A stretch of 63,162 nt of DNA, the filler included, from Reclinomonas americana ATCC 50394 (taxonomy: Eukaryota), in assembly GCA_048213135.1 (NCBI GenBank). It is 4 parts of 2 records of this genome, joined end to end, with 100 filler letters (N's around TTAATTAATTAA, not from the genome) between each part and the next. Parts side by side here need not be neighbours in the genome. Positions count along the whole stretch, not along the records: positions 24,552 to 33,690 come from PS015167.1; positions 33,791 to 58,489 come from PS015167.1; 2 more parts are not named here. One strand, given 5' to 3'. The notes below the pieces were generated by a model, which worked only from the letters and a program-made list of their open reading frames with translations, made no database searches and was not told the DNA's origin. Positions 24,552 through 38,494 of this stretch are shown in pieces (the first letter of the stretch is position 1; every line of letters begins with the position of its first letter). The translations under genes were made by a program, and so were the position numbers.

Positions 24552-27500
24552 ACACGAGTCGGTCAGCGAGCTGACCTCGCAGGTCGCCTCGTTGCAGGCG
24601 CGACTCGCCATTGCCGACGAAGCTGGTGCCATTGAGCACACTCAGCTGTCCGCGGTGACAGTTGAGCGCGACGCCTTTGCTCAGCAGCTGGCCACCACCT
24701 CCGCGGAGTTGGCGTCGCTGCGCGCTCAATGGCAGACCGCCACGCGCGATTTGGAGGCGATTCGTGCCGAGCGCGACGAGCTGTCGACCCTGTTCTCCGC
24801 CGACAAGGTCAGTCGCACTCCGCAGCTCGCGTATGTGAGTTTTTTCTCATTGCTTTTTGTTGTTGCTGTTGCTGCTCTTTGTGCAGGCCACGCGAGAGCA
24901 AGAAGTCGCGGCCTTGGAGGCGGAGCGTGATGATTTTGCCGCAAAGCTTGGCGACATGCGGCGTGCGCACGCAGCGGCGACCACTGAGCGCGACCAGCTG
25001 CAGAGCCGCGTAATCACGCTTACCGCGACCTCGGCCGAGCAGCAGAGATCTTTGCAGGAAATGGAGCGCGGTCGACGCACGTTTGCGGAGACCTCGGCCA
25101 AGGAGGTGGCGGCGTTGCGGGCGCAGATCGCGAGTCTGACCGCGGAGCGTGCCAGACTCATTGAGGAGGGCGATCAGGCGCGTCGCGCGCATCGGCGGGA
25201 AGTCGATCGCGTCAGCGATGAGTTTGAGGACGCCAAGGCCGAGTTGGAGGATCATTTGGCCGCCGCCAATGCCGAACGCGACGAGATGGCCATGCGATTG
25301 CTGGAGCAAGCCAACGGCATGCAGAAGATGGCGATGGAGGTAGAATCGCTGTTCCAGGCCATCAAGCGAGCCACTGACGAGCGCGACGAATTGCGCCGTG
25401 TGCTGGATCAGCAGATCACGTCCGTCGAAGCCAATCTGCGACAGCACGAGACCGAGCGAGATCGCCTGCTGGCCGAGGGTCAGAGTGCGCGCGAAGTACA
25501 CGCGACTCGCATTGCCGATCTGGAACAGCAGCTCAACAATGCTCGTCAGCAGCATCTCGCTCTGCTGGCCGTCTCCGAGGCCCAACTGGACAAGTTGTCG
25601 GATCGTGGTCAGCGTGCGCTGCAGAGCGCCGTCAGTCAGCAACACAGCACCGATTCGCGACTCACTGCGTTGCAAGAAGAACTCGACGAGACCGTGTTGT
25701 CGCTGCGGCAGCGCACGGCTCGTGTGGACGAAATGGAGCGGCAGCTTCACGAGATGCAGGAGCGGTATCAGAGGTACTGCTGTGCGCTTTTCCGTCTCCA
25801 CTTTTGTGTGGCCGAAACTGACATGCGCACTGCATTTTTGTTTGTTTCGACAGTGTGGTGGAGGAGCTGCGCATCACAACCACGTCGCACATGGAGGAGG
25901 TCAGCAGCTGGCAGTTGCGCATCGACACGTTGCAGCAACAGTGCGACGAGATGCGTGTGGAAGCAACGGAGACATCGCAAACGCTGTCGACGCTGCGGCA
26001 GCAGCATGGAGAGGCGGTGGCACAACGCGATGCTGTCAACCAGAAACTGCTGGGAGTCAACAGGGAGTTGGAGGAGGCTGCGCAGCGACTGGAGAGGTGT
26101 GATTAGCGGTGCTTCGTTTCATATTTCGTTGATGGTTCTCACGCGTCGTGAGCAGGTTGACAAACAGTGCGCAGCGAGAGGCGCAGGAGCACGCTCGTGT
26201 AGTGGCGCACTACGAAGCCGAGTTGCAGCGACTGCTGGCGGAGGGCGAGATGGCGCGGGCGGCACACTTGCAGGCGGTTCATGAGCTGCAGGTGTTGCTG
26301 GACGCGGCTCGTGCCGAGCGTGATGCCAACGCCCAGGCGCTGGCCGAACTGGACGAGGAGATTCACGGTCTGCTTGCCGACGCCCAGCGAGTGGCCGGCG
26401 AGCGTGACATGGTCGCGGCGCAGCTCACCGAGCAGTTCACCATCATCGAGACCATGCGCGAGGAGCTGACGCAGCTCAACACACTGCGCGTGGAGCAGCA
26501 AGTGACAATCACAACTCACAACTCGGACTTGGAGAATCTGCGCAGCACTCGCGACGACCTGAAGGCGCAGCTGAGTGCGGCGCTCGCTGACATTGAACGG
26601 CTGCGAGCGGAGCTGGATAGTGCGCGCGCGTCGGGCGCCGAGACGGAGACACAACGCGCCACCCTGGCCACCTCGCTTGAGCACACGACGGCCGACCGCG
26701 ACTCTGTCGCGCGCCAGTTGGCCGAGCGCGAGTCTGAGTTGGTCTCGATTCGACAGGCTCGAGACGAGTTGTCACGTTCAGTGGCCGAGCTGACGTTGCA
26801 TCTGTCGGCGGCTCGTACTGATATTGAGCGGTTGTCGACCGACGGTCGCGAGGCGCGCTCTCTGGCTTCCGACGCCGAGTCGCAACGTGCCGCACTGAAT
26901 ATCTCATTGGAACGTGCGCTGAGCGAGCGTGATGTGCTCACTCGACAGCTGGCCGAGCGTGACGTCAAGGTCGATCGACTGGTGGCCGAATCTGCGGTGC
27001 TGACGGGCAGATACGAGGCCGAATGCGCAACATCGGCGCGTCTGGCAGCGGAACTGGAGCAACTGCGTGCTCAGACAACGGTCTCCAAGGTTCAACTTCA
27101 GCGACTGGGCTCGATCAAGCAGCAAGTGCACGCTCAGTTGCTGCAGGTGTCGGACGAGCACTCCACACTGGTATCGCAAAAGGAAGGTGTCGACGCAGAA
27201 CTCACCGTCGTTGGCGATCGAGCGGCGCAGCTGCAAGAGGAGCTTGATCGTGTTCGGCGCGAGCTGCACGACGCCCAGACGACACTGACGTCGCGCACTG
27301 AGGAATGCGCGACGCTCGCCGCTCGACTCCAGACGACCGGCGATAAGTTGAGCGAGAGCGAGACAGCCTGCTCCGCGTTGACAGCGGAGCGCGATGCTTC
27401 ACGCGAGCGCGTAGCTGGACTTGTGGCCGATGGGGCATCGTTGCTGAGTGAGCGTGATCGCCTCAGCTCAGAACTCACCACCCTTCGCAATCTGCTGAAG

Positions 27501-30500
27501 AGGTCTGTTTGCGTTGAGTTGTTTGTGTGCAAAAAGAATGTGCTGCTGACGTGCGATGTGAACAGCACCGAAACCAGTGCGGAGACAAGCACCACACAAC
27601 TGACACAGCTGCAGCTGAATCACGCAGCGCTGCAGTCGGACCACGAGCAGCTGAAGAATGAGTGTGCCGAACTCACGCAGCGGCTGCGTGGTGTGGGGGA
27701 GTCGAACAGCGAACTTCGCGGAGAACTCGAGCAGTGGCACAAGGCGGCGGAGGAGGCCAGTGTACAGCTCATGTCGACACAAAAGAAGCTGCAGGAGCGT
27801 GAGGCCGACAATGAGAGGTTTGCTTGGTCTGTGTGTTTTGTTTTATCAGTGTGTGAGTTGCTGACTCGACGCGATGTGTGCAGTTTGCGCGGTCGGTTGG
27901 ACAGTGCATGGGCCGAGGGTGCACGGCTGTCGGCACACAATCAGCAGCTGTCGAACGAGTTGGCACGTGTGCTTGCGGAGGGCGAATCGTGTCGTGCGGC
28001 GCATTTGCAAGGAACCAGCCAGTTGGAGCGACAGGTAGAGGTGCTGCAGGCAGAGCGCGACCGACAGTCGGCCAACTTGGCGGAGACCAACAGCGAGTTG
28101 GAGAGTGTGCGATCGGAGCTGCGGGTGGCACGCAGCGAGTGGGAGAGGTGCGTTGATTCTTGGAGAGGAGATGCTCTGCGAGTGAGTCACTTAATCGAAT
28201 CGTTGTTATGCGCACAGCACGACAACACGACTGAGCGAGGCATTGTTGACGATCAGCACGCATGTGACGACAATCGAGACACTGCGTCAGCAGCTGCAAG
28301 ACGAGAGTGCGGAGCGACAGCGATTGGTGGAAGAAGGCGACGCGGCACGCCGGACGCATGAGCGTGTGGCGGCTGAGCTGCTCGGGCGTATCGAGGAGTT
28401 GTCGAGCGAGCTGGACGCACTGCGTGAGCATCTGAATGGATCCACTGCGGAATGCAAGCGGTACGGATGTGTGACTGACTGCTGATTTCGCTCTGCGTGC
28501 ATTTGCTGACATTGCGAGTGCGTTTGTTTTGATGCAGATTGACATTGGAGGTCGAGTCTCGTGATGGTCGCATCGAGCAGCTGTCAGCAGAGGTGGCTCG
28601 GTTGCAGTCTGAGCTGGCAGTGACACAGTCGTCGCTGAGCAGGTGTGATGGCCATCGTCGTCGTCATGTGAGAGAGGCGAGGTTTGTTTCTCAAATGGTA
28701 ATCTGCGAACAGCACAAGTGAGGATCTTGCCAGTGTGCGCACTCAGCGACAGCAATTGGAGCAGCAGCTGCAGCAAGTGCAGCTCTCTGGCGACGAGGCA
28801 TCGCAGGAGTTGATGTCGACACAGAAGAAGCTGCAGGAGCGTGAGGCCGACAATGAGAGGTTTGTTTGGTCTGTGTGTTTGTTTTATCAGTGTGTGAGTT
28901 GCTGATTCGATGTGATGTGTGCAGTTTGCGCGGTCGGTTGGACAATGCATGGGCCGAGGGTGCACGACTGTCGGCACACAATCAGCAACTGTCGGACGAG
29001 TTGGCACGTGTGCTTGCGGAGGGCGAGTCGTGTCGTGCGGCGCACTTGCAAGGAACCAGCCAGTTGGAGCGACAGGTTGAGGCGCTGCAGGCAGAGCGCG
29101 ATCGACAGTCGGCCAATTCGGCGGAGACCAACAGCGAGTTGGAGAGTGTGCGCAGCGAGTGGGAGAGGTGCGTTGGGGGGTTTGGCAAGAAGATGGTGGG
29201 GGAGAAGGAGAGAGACTTATTCGGATCGATGTGTTTGTGTTCACAGCACGACAACACGACTTAGCGAGGCACTGCTGACAATCAGCACGCATGTGACGAC
29301 AATCGAGACTGTGCGTCAGCAGCTGCAAGACGAGAGTGCGGAGCGACAGCGATTGGTGGAAGAAGGCGACGCGGCACGACGGACGCATGAACGTATGGCG
29401 GCTGAGCTGCAAGGGCGTATCGAGGAGTTGTCGAGTGAGCTGGATGCACTGCGTGAGCAGCTGAATGGATCGACAGCGGAATGCAAGCGGTACGGATGTG
29501 TGATTGATTCCTGATCTCACTGTGCGCACGTGAGCTGACATTGTGAGTTCGTTTGTTCTGATGCAGACTGACGTTGGAGGTCGAGTCTCGTGATGGTCGC
29601 ATCGAGCAGCTGTCAGCAGAGTTGGCACGGTTGCAGTCGGAGCTGGCGGCGGCACAAGCGTCGCTGAGCAGGTGTGATGGCCATCGTCGTCGTTGTGTGA
29701 GAGAGGCGAGACGTGTTTCTCAAATCGTAATCTGCGAACAGCACAAGTGAGGATCTTGCCAGCGTGCGCACTCAGCGACAGCAGTTGGAGCAGCAATTGC
29801 AGCAAGTGCAGCTCTCTGGCGACGAGGCATCGCAGGAGCTGATGTCGACACAAAAGAAGCTGCAGGAGCGTGAGGCCGACAATGAGAGGTTTGTTTGGTT
29901 TGTGTGTTTTGTAGTATCAGTGTGTGAGTTGCTGACTCGACGTGCAGTCTGCGCGGTCGGTTGGACAATGCATGGGCCGAGGGTGCACGGCTGTCGGCAC
30001 ACAATCAGCAACTGTCGGACGAGTTGGCACGTGTGCTTGCGGAGGGCGAGTCGTGTCGTGCGGCGCATTTGCAAGGAACCAGCCAGTTGGAGCGACAGGT
30101 AGAGGCGCTGCAGGCAGAGCGCGACCGACAGTCGGCCAACTTGGCGGAGACCAACAGCGAGTTGGAGAGTGTGCGATCGGAGTTGCGGGTGGCACGCAGC
30201 GAGTGGGAGAGGTGCGTTGGAGCGTCGGCAGCAAGATGGCGGGAAGGGAGAGACTCAATCTGATCGATGTGTTTCTGTTCACAGCACGACAACACGACTG
30301 AGCGAGGCGCTGTTGACGATCAGCACGCATGTGACGACGATCGAGACACTGCGTCAGCAGCTGCAAGACGAGAGTGCAGAGCGGCAGCGACTGGTGGAAG
30401 AAGGCGACGCGGCACGACGGACGCACGAACGTGTGGCGGCTGAGCTGCAAGGGCGTATCGAGGAGTTGTCGAGCGAGCTCGCTGCACTTCGTGAGCAACT

Positions 30501-33500
30501 GAACGGATCGACTGCGGAATGCAAGCGGTGCGGTTGTGTGATTGGTTGCTGATTTCGCTCTGCGTGCACGTGCTGATATTGCGAGTTCGTTTGCTCTGAT
30601 GCAGATTGACATTGGAGGTCGAGTCTCGTGATGGCCGCATCGAGCAGCTGTCAGCAGAGTTGGCACGGTTGCAGTCGGAGCTGGCAGCGGCACAAGCGTC
30701 GCTGAGCAGGTGTGATGGCCATCGTCGTCGTTGTGTGAGAGAGGCGAGACGTGTTTCTCAAATCGTAATCTGCGAACAGCACAAGTGAGGATCTTGCCAG
30801 TGTGCGCACTCAGCGACAGCAGTTGGAGCAGCAATTGCAGCAAGTGCAGCTCTCTGGCGACGAGGCATCGCAGGAGCTGATGTCGACACAGAAGAAGCTG
30901 CAGGAGCGTGAGGCCGACAATGAGAGGTTTGTTTGGTCTGTGTGTTTTGTATTATCAGTGTGTGAGTTGCTTATTCGATGTGATGTGTGCAGTCTGCGCG
31001 GTCGGTTGGACAATGCGTGGGCCGAGGGTGCACGACTGTCGGCACACAATCAGCAACTGTCGGACGAGTTGGCACGTGTGCTTGCGGAGGGCGAGTCGTG
31101 TCGTGCGGCACACTTGCAAGGAACCAGTCAGTTGGAGCGACAAGTGGAGGCGCTGCAGGCAGAGCGCGATCGACAGTCGGCCAATTCGGCGGAGACCAAC
31201 AGCGAGTTGGAGAGTGTGCGCAGCGAGTGGGAGAGGTGCGTTGGGGGGTTTGGCAAGAAGATGGTGGGGGAGAAGGAGAGAGACTTATTCGGATCGATGT
31301 GTTTGTTGTGTTCACAGCACGACAACACGACTGAGCGAGGCACTGTCGACAATCAGCACGCATGTGACGACAATCGAGACACTGCGTCAGGAGCTGCAAG
31401 ACGAGAGTGCAGAGCGACAGCGTCTTGTAGCGACACATGAGCGTGTGGTGGCTGAGTTGCAAGATCGTATTGATGAGCTGTCGAGTGAGCTGGATGCAAT
31501 GCGTGAGCAGCTTGCAGCTCGCCAGCAGGACGTCCTCCGGCGAGACAGCACCATTGAGAGGTTCGTGACACTTGCTGGTCAGCGTCATCCGGTTGGCACT
31601 CACATATGAAATGTGCCTGCGCAGTTTGAACTCACAGCTCGCCGCACTGCGAGCTGCCGGTGAGAATGACGTGAGCCGGCTCGACGCAGAATTGTCGGCT
31701 CGTGCTGCTCGCATCGACGAGCTTCTTGCCAGGATCTCCATGTTGGAGGCTGAAGTTGCTCGTCTGCTTGCGGAGGGTGAACAGGCCCGTCAGGCGCACC
31801 TGCACGCAGTGGCTCAGAATGACAAGTCGCTGATGCAAGCGCGCGCGGAGAACAACGAACTCTCTGACCGTTTGCTCGAGCTCATGCGGACGCATGAGTC
31901 TGTGAATGGCGAGCGAGCGGCACTCTTGGCGGAACGCGATTCACTGCACGAGCGGCTCACCAGGTCGGTTCAATTCGTTACATTTGTCACGTGTTCGCCG
32001 AGAATTGGTCACTCACTGTTGTTTTTGTGTCGCAGTACCGAGTCGAAACTGGCAGTGACATTGACCGAGCTGACGATCCGCATGGAGCGCATCAGCATCT
32101 TGGAGCGTGAACTGGCGGAGCACGCAGAGACTGTGTCAAGTGTTCGCGAGTTGCACTCGTCCACTAGCGAGCGTGCGGATTCGTTGGAACGTGACAGAGC
32201 CACTCTGGAGCGACAGCTGACCGAAGCCACCGACGCTCTCACTGCGGCCAATGGCGATGTGGAGCGCTTGGGAAGGGAGCTCAGTCGGCTGCGTGCGGAG
32301 AAGGAGTCAGCCGAGGAGATTTCGGCTCAGCGCTTGTCGCAATTGAACCGAACCGAGGCGGAGCGCAGTCGCTTGGAGAGTGAGCTGCAGACAGTGACGC
32401 ATGAGCGAAACAGCCTGCGCACCGAGCGCGACGATCTCAACAACAAGCTGGATGAGTCGTCAGCCGAGCTGGCTGCAGTTGGCGGCAAGTTGCAGGGCGT
32501 CCAGGCTGAGCTCAACAGGTGAGCCGTGTACAATGCACGGAACTTCACCTTGTGCACAGGTGACTTACACTTCTCCTTCCAACAGCGTTCGTCAATCGTT
32601 GCACTTGGTAATGACGGCAGAGTCGACGCTGCGTGAGGAGTGCACCATGCTACAGCGGCGGCTGCATGAGTTGCGTGAATGTGTGATGGCAAGACAATGG
32701 CAGCATCGTATTTTTCTCACGACGTCTTGTGTATTCCTCCGCAGGGTCGAGCGCGCGAGTCAAGCTGATTCTTCGGCGCTGCGTGAGGCTGTGGCGAATG
32801 GCTTGGCGGAAATTGCGCGGCTGCTGGCCGAGGGTGAGGCGGCGCGAGTGGCGCACGCACAGGCCCTTGCCGCACTCCAGACGGAGATTGCTCACTTGTC
32901 AGCGGAGAGCGACGAGCGACTGCGCCAGGTGGAGACGTTGAGCTCGATGCTGGCGGACAGCAAGCGCTCGGGTGACGATGTGGTCCACGAATTGCAGAAG
33001 ACGCGAGCCGCACTGGCGGAGCTTGATGGACGGGCTGCGAAGCTGACGAGCAACTTGGACGACGCACATCAGAGCCTGGCATCACTCGGTTCGCAAGTGC
33101 AAGATCTCAGTGCAGCCCGCGACGCGCTGCACGACAACGTGGAACGGCTGACCAATGAACTGGCGCAAGCACGGCAGCGCATTGCGGAGGTGGAAAGCGA
33201 GCGCAATCAGGTGCGCGAGGACCTGGGCCGCGCGGTGAGCGAGCGTGACCGTATGACGCACGAGTGCCACGAGCTCGAAATTCGCGTGCAACGCACTGTG
33301 GAGGAGACCACAACACTCCGCATCACCATTGCTTCTCACGAGGCAACGATTGCGCAGCTGCAACATGATGCAGCGCAAGTGCGCACGCAGCACGCCAGCG
33401 AGGCCGATCAGTGGCGACAGCAGCAACAGCAAGCCAGCTCGCTGGCTGTGCAGCTGGAGAGCGACTGCACCTCCCTCCGTGCGCAGGTGCGGCAGCTAAA

Positions 33501-33690
33501 CGAGGACGCTGAGCGCGAGCGTGCACAATCGGCCGACGCGGCAGCCGAGCATGCTGCTTCCGCTGGCAAACTGCGCGAACAGCTGGTGGAGCGCGACGCG
33601 GACAACAAGCGGCTGAACACGGAGCTGCAGCAGAGCTCGGCGGCAATTGTCGAGCTGAGCCACCGTCTGTCGGCCAGCGAGCAGACGGGT
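24552..33690 (+). CDS. Giant coiled-coil (rootletin/myosin-tail-like filament) protein, both ends in gaps
   Basis: 22 short GT-AG introns splice into one continuous Ala/Glu/Leu/Arg/Gln heptad-rich frame with almost no Pro; recurrent motif RLLAEGExARxxH. Confidence 0.85.
27770..31500 (+). repeat. Intragenic tandem repeat, ~1.04 kb unit (4 exons + 4 introns), about 3.6 copies
   Basis: Landmark gaggccgacaatgagaggttt at 27801, 28843, 29872 and 30910 (periods 1042, 1029, 1038 bp). Confidence 0.95.
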
Positions 33691-33734
33691 NNNNNNNNNN
33701 NNNNNNNNNNNNNNNNNNNNNNNNNNNNNNNNNN

Positions 33735-33746
33735 TTAATTAATTAA
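33735..33746. other. Artificial contig linker TTAATTAATTAA
   Basis: Same linker as at 24496. Confidence 0.95.
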
Positions 33747-33790
33747 NNNNNNNNNNNNNNNNNNNNNNNNNNNNNNNNNNNNNNNNNNNN

Positions 33791-36700
33791 GCACCGAGGG
33801 GAGCAGGACCAGCGGCGGCGGCGGGAGCGGCAGCAGCAGCCACACCGTTGCCCTCGGGATTCATCGGCTTGACCTTCTTGACGCGTTTCCGTGCCGAATC
33901 GCGGGCTTGCAGACTGACCATCTTGGCCTCCTTTTCCAGTTCCTGGAAGTGGGGAGGGCGAATGAGGTGACTGGGAGCAGAGATAAACAACCAAAGATGC
34001 TAATCTGAAACGAACGCGTGCAAACAAACAGAGACAGAAGATCATTGACAGCTCGTCAGCACGCAGTGCACACAGGCACCAATGCTCACACTCGTTCTCA
34101 CACGCGCACACACAACACACACACACTCTCTCTCTCTCTCAAACACTCAGCTGCTCCGAAATAAACACAAACGCACAAAAACAAAGCAGGACAAAACACA
34201 CTTTTCACACAACACACCCTCTCTCTCAATGAGTACGCATGCTAGTTATAAAGTCATTTGCTCAGTAATAGACACAGACGCACAACAAGCAAAGCACACA
34301 CTACACTCGTTCTCGTGCACACACACACTCCCTCTCAAACAGTCAGTTGCTCCGAAATAGACAAGGAGAAACAATAAACAAAGCACACACTGCACTCGTT
34401 CTCACGCACACTCACACTCCCTCTTAAACAGTCATATGCTCCGAAATAGACAGAGACGCACAACAAGCAAGCACACACTTACACTTCACACGCACACACT
34501 CCCTCTCAAACAGTCAGCACAAATAACAAACAGGACAAAACACACTTTCACACAACACACAAATACAAACACACTTCTCTCTAAACAAGTGCGATCGTTC
34601 AAATGCAGTCAATTGTGCGCACTCTCTCATCCCACCTCTAACTCCTCTCTCCCTCCTTCCCCTCCCTCTCTGTCCACACACCTTGATCTTCTCCTGCAGC
34701 GTGGCAATCGTCTGATCGCGATCGGCCACCTCCCTCGCCAACGTCTTCTCGGCCGCCACTCGCTTCTTGTACTCGGCGTCCTGCGACTTTTGCAGCACGG
34801 CTAAATGTCGTTGCAAATCATTGACCTTGGTCTCCACCTCCTCCTTCTCCGTTTGCAGACTGTTGACTTGCTCGTGCGTGCCGAGGTCCACATCGTGCTG
34901 CTTCAGCAGGCCGGCCATCTTGCGATTGCGCTCCTGCAGACGCACCAGCTGCTGCAATTGCGTCTGATGCACCTTTTCGCGTTCCGCCAGCGTCTTTCTC
35001 ATCTCCACCACCTGCTTCTTGGCTGCCACCAACTGCTCGTTGAGCGAGCGGATCTGCGACGCCTGCGAGCCGGTCTCCGAGTCCACACTCTCCAGGGCCT
35101 TGGTTTGCTCGCGTTGGACCTGCAGTGCACACACGAAAAAGAAAAAAGTGAGTCTCCAGGAGAGAGCTCTCTCTTTTGCACACGGCCAACGCAACATTCT
35201 TCATCGCTCGAATCTCCGTGCGCAGCTCCTTCATCTTGGTGTCGCGCTCCATCAGTGTGTTCTCCAGCTCGACAATGCGCTCAATGAGTTGTGAGCTGTG
35301 TGGGGCACGTGAGCGACTGGCAAAGACACGCGACGTGACAAGGAGAGGAGTACGCAACTCGCCGCCGCCCTTTTGTTGCATCTCTTCGATCGTGCGCTTG
35401 TAGCGCTCAATCTGCTTTTGTGCGTTCTTCAGCTCGCGCTCCGCCACACTGGCCTCAATGTGCAGGTTTGGTCGCTTGGCGCGACCAATGCGCTCGCCTT
35501 GGGCGTTGAGGGCTTCGTCGAGGGCCTGCGCGAGGGAGGGGAAGGGTGGGTGAGGGGAGATGGAGGGGAAGGGAGGGAAAGGGAAGGGAGAGGGGGGGAA
35601 AGAAAGATATAGAGAGAGGGAAATGGTGGAAAGAGAGAGAGAGAGAGAGAATGGAGATGAGCGTGAGAATTGAAGGACAGAGGTAACTAAGAGCAGATAG
35701 AGGAGAGAAAGCAGAGAGGCAACAGCATGGAAAGTGGGGGAAAGAGGAAGGAATGAAGCGGACGGGCAGGCGGGGATTGAGGCAAAAGAAAGGGGACATG
35801 AAGAGTGGAGTAAAAGATGACACACCGGTTATAAAGCTTTGCAGGAGGAAAAGATTGCTGACACACAGATTGTGTTCAGGTGTACCTCTGCTTTCCAGAT
35901 AGACTGAACGTGAAGACGAAGAGACAAGGAAGAGATTCGAGGATGCTCGCATTCAAGAAGCAATAACGTAGAGTGAAGGAGATGACCAACAGATGAAGAA
36001 GACCTGGAAGGAAGAGAAAACGCAACAGCATTAAGCTCGAGCAACTGCTGTCGCAACTGTCCGTTCTGCTTCTTCAGCTTGCCAATGTCATCACCTGCGC
36101 AGAAATCAAGAGTGAGCAACACCGCCTCCCATGCTGCTTGTCTTCACAGGAAACTCACCAGGGCTGGGCATCGGGGCAGGTTGCGCACCGCGCTTGCCGC
36201 CCTTGACCTTGAGCTTGCCGCTCGTCTCACCAGCGTCTTCCTCATCCGAGGCCGCAGCACTCGACGAGGTGGTGAACGAGTTGCCGCCGTGCGGGAGCGC
36301 CCACAGTACGTCGCCGTCGCGCAGCTGCAGGCTGCGTACATTGCCGCTGCTGGCCACAGGTCGGCCGCCATTCGAGTCGCGGGAGAGCACAAAGTTTCTG
36401 CGAGAAATGGTGAGAAATTAACGGGAAAGGGGGGAGAGAAGGAGGGCAAGAAAGAGAAAGAGAGATGGGGAGGCACGAAGCGCAGCGCACAGAAGAGAAG
36501 ATGCAGGGGAAAATGTAAACGACACCAGGATCCATCAGAAGCTGCAGTCCACAGAACGAGTTGAAAGAGAGAATAATGCACAAGTGTGTACCGCCGCTTG
36601 TCAGCTTGTCACAAAGAGAATAAGAATTGAGCGAGAGAAGCCAAGTACAAGGCGTAGTCCACAGAAAGCAAACATGCAGATAGAGGGCGCGATTTGTGAC

Positions 36701-37492
36701 AAAAGTGAACGATGTGAGGAAGCCATCACAGCCTCCAGTCCACAGAACGAGGGGAGAGAGAGAATAAAGCACAAGCGTGTACCGCCGCTTGTCAGCTTGT
36801 CACGAAGAGAAGAAGAATGGAGCGAGAGAAGCCCAAGTAAAAGGCGTAGTCCACAGAAGAAAGTCATAAATGCACCGCGAGAGAAAAGGAGGAACTGGAA
36901 GGATCCAGAGAAGGCGCAGTACACAAAGAGAAGGTGCAGAGGGAAGAATGAATGACGACAGGAATCTATCAGAAGCAGCAGTTCACAGAGAGAACATGGT
37001 AGTGGCGTCATCTTTTCCACCAAGAGACAATAAAAGGCGGAGTCCAAACAACGAGACGATAGAGAGACTCAACTTGGCCAATCCGAGGCTCTGTGCCACC
37101 ATGGTGCGGACCATGGCAATTGCCGACGACACGGGCAGTGTCAGATCGAGCACCGAAATGTTGCCGGCGCCCTTGTCGTGCTTGATGCTGACGCGGATCG
37201 ACTCTTCTTCTTCGTGTGCCTCGCCATCTGAGAATGGAGGAAGGGGAAGGAGAGGAATAAGTGGGTGGCGAGAAAGACGAGGAAGAAAAAGGGGGAAGAG
37301 CCTTTGATATCGACTCCCCAATCTCCGTAAGTGGAGGGATAAAGTGTGAAGGCGAATGCGTGCAGAGGACGGAGTGAACCGACTCGGAGAGTTGAAGAGG
37401 GCAAGAGAGTAGCAGTCTTGTGTTAACACTACATCACGCCAACTGAAACACTGTGGAGGAAACGGCATGCCTAACTCACACACACTGAGTGC

Positions 37493-37523
<31 letters not shown>

Positions 37524-37615
37524 AGATAGAGGAGCGATCGATTAAGGCGATGCCTACTGACGCCTAAGGCGAGCCTAGTCACGTCTAAGTCGCACCTGTG
37601 TTCTCTCTCTCTCTC

Positions 37616-37706
<91 letters not shown>

Positions 37707-37718
37707 TAGTAGTAGTGT

Positions 37719-37767
<49 letters not shown>

Positions 37768-38301
37768 AGTAGTAGTAGTAGTAGTGTGTCGTACGTACGT
37801 ACGTAACGTAACGTAACGTAACGTACGTACGTTACGTTACGTTAACGTAACNNNNNNNNNNNNNNNNNNNNNNNNNNNNNNNNNNNNNNNNNNNNNNNNN
37901 NNNNNNNNNNNNNNNNNNNNNNNNNNNNNNNNNNNNNNNNNNNNNNNNNNNNNNNNNNNNNNNNNNNNNNNNNNNNNNNNNNNNNNNNNNNNNNNNNNNN
38001 NNNNNNNNNNNNNNNNNNNNNNNNNNNNNNNNNNNNNNNNNNNNNNNNNNNNNNNNNNNNNNNNNNNNNNNNNNNNNNNNNNNNNNNNNNNNNNNNNNNN
38101 NNNNNNNNNNNNNNNNNNNNNNNNNNNNNNNNNNNNNNNNNNNNNNNNNNNNNNNNNNNNNNNNNNNNNNNNNNNNNNNNNNNNNNNNNNNNNNNNNNNN
38201 NNNNNNNNNNNNNNNNNNNNNNNNNNNNNNNNNNNNNNNNNNNNNNNNNNNNNNNNNNNNNNNNNNNNNNNNNNNNNNNNNNNNNNNNNNNNNNNNNNCC
38301 T

Positions 38302-38332
<31 letters not shown>

Positions 38333-38400
38333 ACGTACGACGACGTACGTACGTACGTACGTACGTACGTACGTACGTCGTCGTCGTTCGTCGTCTCTCT

Positions 38401-38494
<94 letters not shown>

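Noticed and set aside
37705-38400. GTA/GTAC/GTAAC repeats as a satellite or telomere
   Set aside because: They follow long (GT)n at contig ends and drift into TACG-order runs, typical of pyrosequencing read decay (also 1311-1360).
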